From a virus (lineage: Duplodnaviria > Caudoviricetes): 52,813 nt of DNA. Location: IMG/VR virus record IMGVR_UViG_3300044613_003454, positions 1-52,813 of that record; one strand, 5' to 3'. The stretch's first letter is position 1. Each line of letters opens with the position of its first letter. Under the pieces are notes generated by a model. The model was not told where the DNA came from and ran no database searches. It saw only the letters and a program-made list of their open reading frames with translations. Made by a program: the position numbers and the translations under genes. This document shows, one piece after another, positions 15,356 through 22,521 of the stretch.

Positions 15356-15840
15356 ACGACAGCAACACCAACCACACCACCCCCACCCCCCAGACCCTCG
15401 TCCTCGGCACCGTCAACGGCGTCGAGATCACCGCCTCCAGCCTGTCGATGAAGACCCTCGACGACATGCTCAACATCATGTCCGCCCTCGACGGGGACAT
15501 GGGCCGCATCGGCCGCACCATCCGGGGCCAAGTCCTCGCCATCCGCGAGCGGCGTGACGAGTACCGCACCAAGATCGAACGCCTGACCGATGCCCTCATG
15601 CCCTTCATCGAGAACACCATCTCGGAGATGATCACCGAGCGGCTCGATGCACGCATCGACGAACTCGACATCGAGGACACCGTGAAGGACGCCGTGTCCG
15701 ATGCGACCGACCACATGGAGGACGCCATCAAGGAGAACATCCAGTCCGATCTCTCCGACACCATCTCCGACAAGATCAAGGAGGACCTGCCGTACTACCT
15801 CGGCAAGGAACTCAAGAACGTCCGCCTCACCATCGACTGA
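15352..15840 (+). CDS. Acidic coiled-coil hypothetical protein
   Basis: 162 aa, D/E/I-rich helical repeats. Confidence 0.75.
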   Translation: MNDSNTNHTTPTPQTLVLGTVNGVEITASSLSMKTLDDMLNIMSALDGDMGRIGRTIRGQVLAIRERRDEYRTKIERLTDALMPFIENTISEMITERLDARIDELDIEDTVKDAVSDATDHMEDAIKENIQSDLSDTISDKIKEDLPYYLGKELKNVRLTID

Positions 15841-15898
15841 CCCATCACCGGGGGCGGTGTGATCGCCCCCTCTTTCCACCCCCACTGAAAGGCAGCAC

Positions 15899-16225
15899 AT
15901 GTCCAACCGTCAAGCCCTGCTCTCCGTCATCCCTCCCCGCACCGTCGGATCCCTCGCCCGTTGGGTGTTCGAGGCCATCCCCCCTGGTGGCTTCGTCTCG
16001 GCCGTGATCCGCAGCGACCTGTTCGAGGCCGTCGCCCGTGCCGACGACGACAACCGACGCACCCTCGTCGAACTCGTGCAACTCATCCGATGGTACGTCC
16101 CTCATGTCTGCGTCCGGGACGACGAGCCCATGGTCGCATGGCCGAAGGACAAGTACGACGCCGTCCGCGAAGAACTCCACGCCGACCCCCAGTTCGACTG
16201 GCTCAAGGACTACCTCAATGCCTGA
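15899..16225 (+). CDS. Hypothetical phage protein
   Basis: IPPGGFVSAVIRSDLFEAVARADDDN pattern. Confidence 0.75.
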   Translation: MSNRQALLSVIPPRTVGSLARWVFEAIPPGGFVSAVIRSDLFEAVARADDDNRRTLVELVQLIRWYVPHVCVRDDEPMVAWPKDKYDAVREELHADPQFDWLKDYLNA

Positions 16226-16460
16226 CCATGACACCGTGAAGATCATCCACGCCCTCGGCAGGGCAGCGGCTCAGGTCGGCAACCCCGACCTCTCCCGTTC
16301 CCTCCTCGCCGCACAAGACCTGATCCACGAACTCAAGCGGGACCGCGACTCGGCCCGCCGCATGTACTGCCTCGCCGCCGCCCACATCGACGGCAACGAG
16401 TACCAAGTGCAGGTCTACGCCGCCCGCCAGAAGTGGGGCGACCTCTTCCTCAACGACTGA
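16218..16460 (+). CDS. Hypothetical protein (paralog A)
   Basis: ATG 16218; ELKRDRDSARRMYC..AARQKWG. Confidence 0.7.
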   Translation: MPDHDTVKIIHALGRAAAQVGNPDLSRSLLAAQDLIHELKRDRDSARRMYCLAAAHIDGNEYQVQVYAARQKWGDLFLND

Positions 16461-16471
16461 AAGGACTGACC

Positions 16472-16711
16472 ATGGACATCGACGACATCGAACGACAGAA
16501 GCACCTCGACCTGCTGGAGGAGGAACTCCGCCAGGTCAAACTCGAACGCGACGCCCTCCGCCGTGAACTCCGCCTCACCCGTGGCATGTACTGCGAGGCG
16601 CAGGCCATCCTCGACATGCACGACAAGATCTCCACCTCCCCCGAGGAGGTGGCCGAGGCCTGCGGATGGGGCCCCCACGACGTGACCTACCCGGAGGACC
16701 CCAATGTCTGA
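16472..16711 (+). CDS. Hypothetical protein (paralog B)
   Basis: AAGGA RBS, ATG 16472; VKLERDALRR..MYC..AEACGWG. Confidence 0.7.
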   Translation: MDIDDIERQKHLDLLEEELRQVKLERDALRRELRLTRGMYCEAQAILDMHDKISTSPEEVAEACGWGPHDVTYPEDPNV

Positions 16712-16892
16712 AGAGATCGAACGACTGCGTGCCGAAGTCAAGCGGCTCCGCCTTTCCCTGCACACCGAGATCGCCCAGCGAATCGACGTGACCCTCGGGG
16801 AAGCCCACTACATCTGGGTCAAGGGCGACGCCGGCGTCGCATCCGACGCCCTCTCCAAGGCCGGGCTCACCTTCTCCATCCTCGACCCATGA
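16704..16892 (+). CDS. Hypothetical protein
   Basis: 62 aa, GGAGG RBS, coupled to the UDG-like gene. Confidence 0.65.
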   Translation: MSEEIERLRAEVKRLRLSLHTEIAQRIDVTLGEAHYIWVKGDAGVASDALSKAGLTFSILDP

Positions 16893-17551
16893 ACCTCCCC
16901 CTCTTCCCGGCCCGGCCCGACTGCCGGGCCTGTGCCCGTCATGAACTGGCCCCGTGCAACCCCGGCGTCCCCACCACCAGGTGGGGATTGCCGGGCCCGG
17001 GGAACCCCGTGCTCGTCGTCGTCGGTGTCACCCCGAACTGGCACGACCACCAGTTCAACGAGCCCTTCCGTGGCAAGGCAGGCCTGCTCCTGCGGGACAT
17101 CCTCCTTGCCAACCTATCCCCCTTGTGTACGATCTACCTCACCCTCATGGCCCGTTGCGGTCCTGACTTCGAGGCCAAGGCGAAGGACTACAAATCCTGC
17201 TTCCCCCACCACCTCGCCGACCTCTCGCAAATCCTCAGCCACCACCCCTCGGACCCCATCCACTACCTCTTGCTCGGCTCTCCCGCCACGGTCCAGTTCC
17301 ACCGGCTCCACCTCGGGCTTCGCATCTCGCAGAAGGAATCCTTCTCCCTCAACGGGAAGGAACGCACGATCCTCTCCCGTCCTTCCCCCGTGTTCTCCAC
17401 CTGGCACCCGGCCGCCCTCCTCCGCAACAACTCGATCATCCACTCGGTCGAGGACCACCTCAACCTCGTTGAATCCCATGTCCGCAAGGAACTCCGTGCC
17501 CACACCGAGCCCGACATCCAGCCGGCCAGACCCCCGCACCATTTCCCTTGA
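16889..17551 (+). CDS. Uracil-DNA glycosylase family 4-like protein (degenerate active site)
   Basis: CRAC N-terminus, PFRGKAGLLL, ..ARC..C.. and TWHPAALLR motifs. Confidence 0.8.
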   Translation: MNLPLFPARPDCRACARHELAPCNPGVPTTRWGLPGPGNPVLVVVGVTPNWHDHQFNEPFRGKAGLLLRDILLANLSPLCTIYLTLMARCGPDFEAKAKDYKSCFPHHLADLSQILSHHPSDPIHYLLLGSPATVQFHRLHLGLRISQKESFSLNGKERTILSRPSPVFSTWHPAALLRNNSIIHSVEDHLNLVESHVRKELRAHTEPDIQPARPPHHFP

Positions 17552-19535
17552 CATCGAGACCTATGGCATCACCCGATTCACCCCCGCCGGCCGACTGCTC
17601 CCCGAGCAGACCGTGTTCCATCCCGCCCGATCGGTTGACGTGGATGGATGCCCTGTCCATGACCTGGTTCAATCCGTTTCCATCACCTGTCCCCGTGCCG
17701 ACGGAGACCTGGCAGACCTCGTGCCCGGTCCCACCTTCGTCTTCCAGATGCACATCCCCGCACACCGACGGCACCTCGCCCGGTGGCTGGCCCACGCCCA
17801 CTGCATCATCGGGATGAACCTCCAGTTCGACCTGCTCTACCTCCGCTCTCAACCCGACTTCCGCTTCCACCTCGAACGCCAAATCCTGATCGACCTCTCG
17901 GTCCTCAACTACCTGCACTCCGAGCTCCGCCCGGAACGATCCCTCAAGGCGCTCGGCCCCATCCTCGGTACCCATGCCTACACCACGGAACAGATCGACC
18001 GCACGGCCCGTTACCACAACGCCTCCGACCCCCGGCTCCACCGCTACAACGCAGCCGACACCCACAACACCCTCCTCGCCTGCGCCGAGCTCGCCCGCCG
18101 CATCCAAGCCGACTACCCCGACACCGACAAGCTCAGCCCCGACTGCATCACCCACTACTCAGACACCATATGGACAGTGGTACGCATGTCCGAAGCGGGG
18201 GTGCCCATGGACAGGGCTGGCCTCGTACAACAAGAGCAGGGAGTGCTGTCCCAAATGCGGGACCTTGAGGGAGCTGCTGCACAAGTAAACCTCATCCTCA
18301 CCGGCCCCGGCTCGGCCGCCTCGAAGCTCGGCCTCATGAAGGATGCCTGCTCCCTCGTCGAGACCCTGGTCCCCGACATCCGCTCGCACCCCATGTTCCA
18401 GCTGACCGAGGCCCGCAAGGAGATCGCGGTCAACGACGTGAACCGCCAGCTCATGGCGAGCCACCTCAAATCCGTAGACACCGACGACGCCCGCTCCATC
18501 CTGCACCGCCTCTCCCTCCTCGGCGAATACTCCTCAGCCCAGAAGCTCCTCTCCTCCTACCTCTTCCCCCTCCTCCGCCACCAACGGAAGAACCCCGCGA
18601 ACCGCAGCTCCCGCCTCGTGCCCCGACCCCGGGGCATCGGCATCTCCTACCCCACCTGGTACGTCACGCCCACCTCCTCGAAGGACGGCGCCGGCTCCGA
18701 GGGCGGCACCCTCCAGGGCCGCATCACCTGCAAGAACTTCCGGCACCAGACCGACCCCGACTCCATCAAGGCCCACTACAAATCCCGCTGGTCCGCCGGC
18801 CACATCGTGGGCTACGACCTCTCGCAGATCGAGATGGTGGTGGCCGGCCTCCTCTCCGGGGACGAGGCCCTGTGCTCGGCCTTCCTCGCTGAACCCCCAC
18901 TGGATCTGCATACCGGGCGTGCCGTCCAGGTATTCGGCGAGGAGATCCGGCAGCACCCCGACTTCAAGAAGGTGTACCGGCAGGCAGCCAAGGGCGCCAA
19001 CTTCGGGGACCTCTTCCGTGCCGGCGCCGCCACCCTACAGACCCAGGTCTTCGGCATGACCGGAGTCGTCGTGCCCATGAAGATCTGCGACAACATCGTC
19101 CGCACCCGCTCCCACACCCGGCCCGGACTGTGGTCCTGGCAGGAACGCCTGATCAAGGACACCCGTGCCAAGGGCTACGTCTCGCTCCCGTTCATCGGGC
19201 AGTCACGCACCTTCATGGGCGGTGACGCATACGACATCTCGGAAATCGTGAACATGCCCATCCAATGCACGGCGGGCAACGTGCTTCTCCGGATCCAGCA
19301 CCGCCTGCACCAGCTCCTGCCCTCGATCAACGCGGCATCCCCCGACATCCTCATGTTCCTCAACGTGTACGACGCCGTGTACTTCGACACCCGCAACGAC
19401 GCCGCCGTTGACCGGCTCGACACCCTGTTCCGTGACGCCTTCTCATACGTGACAACGGAGGGCTATTGGGCTAGACTCTGCAAGCTGGTGGGTCGGACCA
19501 TCCCGATCCGCTATGAACGCACCATCTACACCTGA
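17478..19535 (+). CDS. DNA polymerase, family A, with 3'-5' exonuclease
   Basis: ExoI SLDIETYG, ExoII GMNLQFD, ExoIII YNAAD; motif A YDLSQIE, motif B RQAAKGANFG, motif C VYDA. First ATG before ExoI is at 17478. Confidence 0.9.
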   Translation: MSARNSVPTPSPTSSRPDPRTISLDIETYGITRFTPAGRLLPEQTVFHPARSVDVDGCPVHDLVQSVSITCPRADGDLADLVPGPTFVFQMHIPAHRRHLARWLAHAHCIIGMNLQFDLLYLRSQPDFRFHLERQILIDLSVLNYLHSELRPERSLKALGPILGTHAYTTEQIDRTARYHNASDPRLHRYNAADTHNTLLACAELARRIQADYPDTDKLSPDCITHYSDTIWTVVRMSEAGVPMDRAGLVQQEQGVLSQMRDLEGAAAQVNLILTGPGSAASKLGLMKDACSLVETLVPDIRSHPMFQLTEARKEIAVNDVNRQLMASHLKSVDTDDARSILHRLSLLGEYSSAQKLLSSYLFPLLRHQRKNPANRSSRLVPRPRGIGISYPTWYVTPTSSKDGAGSEGGTLQGRITCKNFRHQTDPDSIKAHYKSRWSAGHIVGYDLSQIEMVVAGLLSGDEALCSAFLAEPPLDLHTGRAVQVFGEEIRQHPDFKKVYRQAAKGANFGDLFRAGAATLQTQVFGMTGVVVPMKICDNIVRTRSHTRPGLWSWQERLIKDTRAKGYVSLPFIGQSRTFMGGDAYDISEIVNMPIQCTAGNVLLRIQHRLHQLLPSINAASPDILMFLNVYDAVYFDTRNDAAVDRLDTLFRDAFSYVTTEGYWARLCKLVGRTIPIRYERTIYT
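19449..19477 (+). promoter_or_regulatory. Sigma-70-like promoter inside the polymerase 3' end
   Basis: GTGACA-N17-TAGACT in a locally AT-richer patch upstream of the HTH gene. Confidence 0.4.
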
Positions 19536-19537
19536 CC

Positions 19538-19828
19538 ATGAAGTCCAACCATCGCAAGGTCGTCGCCCTCCTGAACCGGGGGGAGAATGCAGCCGCAGTC
19601 GCCGAGCAAGTGGGCCTCTCCCGCAAGCGGGTGTTCGACCTGGCCCGCCGGCACGAGGCCCCGACCAACCCGCTCGTCGCACCGGGCGGCCGGATCGAGA
19701 AGCAGATCGTGCGCGCGTCGCGCGTGCTCACCATCCCCGAGATCTCCCGTGCCTTCCGCCTGGCCGAGTGCCGGGTCAAGGAGATCCTCTCCAGGGTGGA
19801 CCGTGAAACCAAGTCCGTCCTCCGGTGA
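19538..19828 (+). CDS. Tandem HTH DNA-binding protein
   Basis: AAAVAEQVGLSRKRVFDLAR and TIPEISRAFRLAECRVKEIL are both HTH-like. Confidence 0.7.
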   Translation: MKSNHRKVVALLNRGENAAAVAEQVGLSRKRVFDLARRHEAPTNPLVAPGGRIEKQIVRASRVLTIPEISRAFRLAECRVKEILSRVDRETKSVLR

Positions 19829-20370
19829 CCCGCACCTGGACCATCATCCAGGACGACCGGGAGAAGACGCCCCTCCTCTTCCCCTCCCACCTGGTGATGT
19901 TGGATGCGGCACACCCTCCGTGCGACCGCCGGTCCTGCACCGTGGCCCTGACCGTGACGAAGAAGCGGCTGGTGACGGGGGACTACGCTCTCGCCGGGCA
20001 CGAGTCGAGGGTGCTGATTGAACGGAAGAAGCACCTGCCCGAGCTCTTCAAGAACCTGCTGACCCCGTCCGGGCGGGAGCGGTTCGTTGCCGCATGCGAC
20101 CGGCTGCGATCAGAGTGCGAGCATCCGATACTCATCCTCGAAGGCACCATCGAGCACCTGGTCCGGACCGCCCGTCCCACCCTGGACGTGGACCCCTGGC
20201 TGGTGGTCGATGCCCTTCATCGGATCTGCCTGGAGCGGAGAATCCAGGTACTCTACCTGTCGGCGTCAACCCCCAACCACCGACGATCAGTGGGGGAGGA
20301 AGTCGCCAGGCTGCTGATCAACGGAGCCCTGACCAATGCCCGAACCACTTCAGACATTCCGAGCAGTTGA
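19825..20370 (+). CDS. ERCC4-family nuclease (likely resolvase)
   Basis: IIQDDREK, LVTGDYAL, LIERKK..EL motifs. Confidence 0.85.
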   Translation: MTRTWTIIQDDREKTPLLFPSHLVMLDAAHPPCDRRSCTVALTVTKKRLVTGDYALAGHESRVLIERKKHLPELFKNLLTPSGRERFVAACDRLRSECEHPILILEGTIEHLVRTARPTLDVDPWLVVDALHRICLERRIQVLYLSASTPNHRRSVGEEVARLLINGALTNARTTSDIPSS

Positions 20371-21190
20371 GGGCGCCAGCCCTGCCTACACCGCCGCCGT
20401 CTCGCTCGCCTCCCAGCCCTTCGTCCTCCATCACCAGCAGGTCTACACGTCCACCGCCTCTACCACTGCTGCCATCACTGGGGCGTCGATGACGTTCGAG
20501 ACCCTGGCCTCCACCAGGTTCTTCCCGTGGACCCTCCGGACCGCGAGCTCCTGCTATCCGGTCAGGGTCCCGAACGCCTACAACCGGGTGTACATCTACC
20601 CGCTCTGGATCACCTCGACCGACGACACCACCGCCGGGAACATGCCGTTCTTCGTGGTGGGTACGTACGTCGCCCCGTACATCATGCCGTACGGCCTGTT
20701 CCCGGAAACCCGGGGGCACACCACGTTCAGCAAGCTGAACCCCAAGTGCTACCGGTTCCCCGACGACGTGGTGACCGCCGCTAATCCGAGCGACACGGTG
20801 AGCTCGCCGACCCGGACCAACGGCCTGTGGTCCGTGCTCCCCCCGTACGGCACCAACGCCACCACCTCCAACGGTGTTCTGACCGGCACCACCGGCGGCA
20901 CCAACACCTTCGGCCGAGCCCCTGGTCTCGTGGGTGCGGCCTACATGTTGCCTGATGACCTGAGCATCTCGTCGGGCGACGGCGCCACCGCCCTCGGTCC
21001 TACCACCCCGGCCCTCAGCAACAGCTTCCAGATCATGGGCATGGGACAGGAGTACCAGACCCTTGGCACCGAGGAGATCGTGGTCGCTCTCGGTTCCAAC
21101 CCAACAGGTCTGACGATCTCCAACGCGGCAAGCGTGGTGGGCAAGAGCTATCGAGCCCACTTCTTCCTGATGGGCGTCTTCCTGGGGTGA
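20336..21190 (+). CDS. Hypothetical beta-rich, Thr-rich protein
   Basis: 284 aa with GGAG RBS, directly before the lysis-type genes. Confidence 0.7.
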   Translation: MPEPLQTFRAVEGASPAYTAAVSLASQPFVLHHQQVYTSTASTTAAITGASMTFETLASTRFFPWTLRTASSCYPVRVPNAYNRVYIYPLWITSTDDTTAGNMPFFVVGTYVAPYIMPYGLFPETRGHTTFSKLNPKCYRFPDDVVTAANPSDTVSSPTRTNGLWSVLPPYGTNATTSNGVLTGTTGGTNTFGRAPGLVGAAYMLPDDLSISSGDGATALGPTTPALSNSFQIMGMGQEYQTLGTEEIVVALGSNPTGLTISNAASVVGKSYRAHFFLMGVFLG

Positions 21191-21193
21191 TTG

Positions 21194-21460
21194 ATGAACG
21201 AGCAGACGAAGCAGTCCAGTCAATTGGTTGCGACATGGGCTTCCTTTGCGGCCCTGTGCATTGGCACCGGCGCGGTGCTGATGAACCTGGGGAAGAAGGA
21301 CCAGCAGCTGGCCACCACCACCGAGCAGGTGAAGGAACTCAGCAGCATCGTGTCCGAGCTGGCCAAGGCCCAGGTCGGACTCACCATGAAGGACGCACAG
21401 GTGGATGACCGCCTGCGTGAACTGGCAAGCAGGCTTGACCGCCTGGAAAGGATCAAGTGA
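21194..21460 (+). CDS. Membrane-anchored coiled-coil protein (lysis cassette)
   Basis: One hydrophobic helix followed by heptads. Confidence 0.65.
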   Translation: MNEQTKQSSQLVATWASFAALCIGTGAVLMNLGKKDQQLATTTEQVKELSSIVSELAKAQVGLTMKDAQVDDRLRELASRLDRLERIK

Positions 21461-21660
21461 TGAAGGCTTCCTGGAAGACCACCGTTCTCGGGATCTCGAC
21501 CATCCTCGCCGCCGTGTCGGCGATCGTGCAGGCTCTCCTCGACAACGACCCCGCCACCAACCCCGACTTCACCGTCGCGGTCGCCGCCATCATGAGCGGA
21601 GCCGGCCTGATCTTCGCTCGTGACAACAACGTCACCAGCGAGAAGGCCGGGGCCCAGTGA
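21460..21660 (+). CDS. Putative holin
   Basis: Two hydrophobic helices; SWKTT..GI and GLIFARDN; GTG-ATG tandem starts at 21457/21460. Confidence 0.65.
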   Translation: MKASWKTTVLGISTILAAVSAIVQALLDNDPATNPDFTVAVAAIMSGAGLIFARDNNVTSEKAGAQ

Positions 21661-21661
21661 C

Positions 21662-21886
21662 ATGTTCGACCGGGTCCTCGCCGGCATCGCCCTGGGAATC
21701 CTCGATTACCTGGCTCGTCGCATCGAGCGGGGCCATGTGGCGGTGGATGCCGATCTTGACGTTGATCGCCTTCGCCGTGCCGGCGATCGCATCAATGAGT
21801 GGCTGCTCGCGAACGGTGCTGGTCGAGGAGGGAAGCCCGATAAGGACTGGCCCCCAAGTGTTGACCAGGGTCTACGTTCTGATTGA
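21662..21886 (+). CDS. Putative inner-membrane spanin-like protein
   Basis: MFDRVLAGIALGILDYLARR hydrophobic N-terminus; overlapped by a lipoprotein ORF. Confidence 0.45.
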   Translation: MFDRVLAGIALGILDYLARRIERGHVAVDADLDVDRLRRAGDRINEWLLANGAGRGGKPDKDWPPSVDQGLRSD

Positions 21887-21971
21887 CGGGGAGTGGGTCC
21901 TTTCGCCCGACCGAGTGGCCATCCCCGAGGGCTGGTACCTGGTGCCCCCCAGCTTCGTGGGCAGGAAGTGA
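21735..21971 (+). CDS. Putative outer-membrane lipoprotein (o-spanin-like)
   Basis: Signal MPILTLIAFAVPAIASMSG-C with lipobox-like Cys; +1 frame, starting inside the upstream gene. Confidence 0.6.
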   Translation: MWRWMPILTLIAFAVPAIASMSGCSRTVLVEEGSPIRTGPQVLTRVYVLIDGEWVLSPDRVAIPEGWYLVPPSFVGRK

Positions 21972-21978
21972 CCATGGC

Positions 21979-22521
21979 ATGGTCAACCGGAGCAAGGACG
22001 CCCGGGACCACATAGGGTTCCTCACCCTCTGGGCCACAGAGTCCCACCGCAAGAGGCGGTTCCCCATGTGGGACAGGGACGAGATCCTGTCGGAGGCCTA
22101 CATCCAGGCCCACCGCCTGCTGACCACGGTCTACGACCCCACGAAATCCACGGTGGTCACGTTCCTCAAGGGCTTCCTCTGGGGTGCCGTCCACTACAGC
22201 TACTGGACCTCGAACGGTTACCGGTTCACCGACGCCGGGCCCCGCTTGAAGATCGTGGTTACACACGATACACTTTGTGAAGAGGTGGCCGTCACCCTTC
22301 CCATCGACCCCCTCGATCTACCCCCACTGACCGAGGAGGAATGGACCATCATCAGGCTGCGCATGGACGGGTACACGATGACCCGCATCGCAGGTGTGCT
22401 AGGGCTGAAGTCCCCGCAGTCCGTGTACAACCGACTCGTGAAGATCAGGGACAAGTTCAACGGAGTAAACGATGCCACCAGAGACAGCACCAGTTCAGAT
22501 GCCCAAGGACCGGGGCCGTAG
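21979..22521 (+). CDS. Sigma-70 (ECF-like) factor
   Basis: Region 2-like DRDEILSEAYI..YDPTKSTVVTF; region 4 LTEEEWTIIRLRMDGYTMTRIAGVLGLKSPQSVYNRL. Confidence 0.7.
   Translation: MVNRSKDARDHIGFLTLWATESHRKRRFPMWDRDEILSEAYIQAHRLLTTVYDPTKSTVVTFLKGFLWGAVHYSYWTSNGYRFTDAGPRLKIVVTHDTLCEEVAVTLPIDPLDLPPLTEEEWTIIRLRMDGYTMTRIAGVLGLKSPQSVYNRLVKIRDKFNGVNDATRDSTSSDAQGPGP
22246..22274 (+). promoter_or_regulatory. Sigma-70-like promoter inside the sigma-like gene
   Basis: TTGAAG-N17-TACACT in an AT-richer patch. Confidence 0.45.

Noticed and set aside
16932-17477. N-terminal 182 aa of the 867-aa polymerase ORF in the track
   Set aside because: Low-complexity S/P/R text produced by the +1 frame of the UDG-like gene
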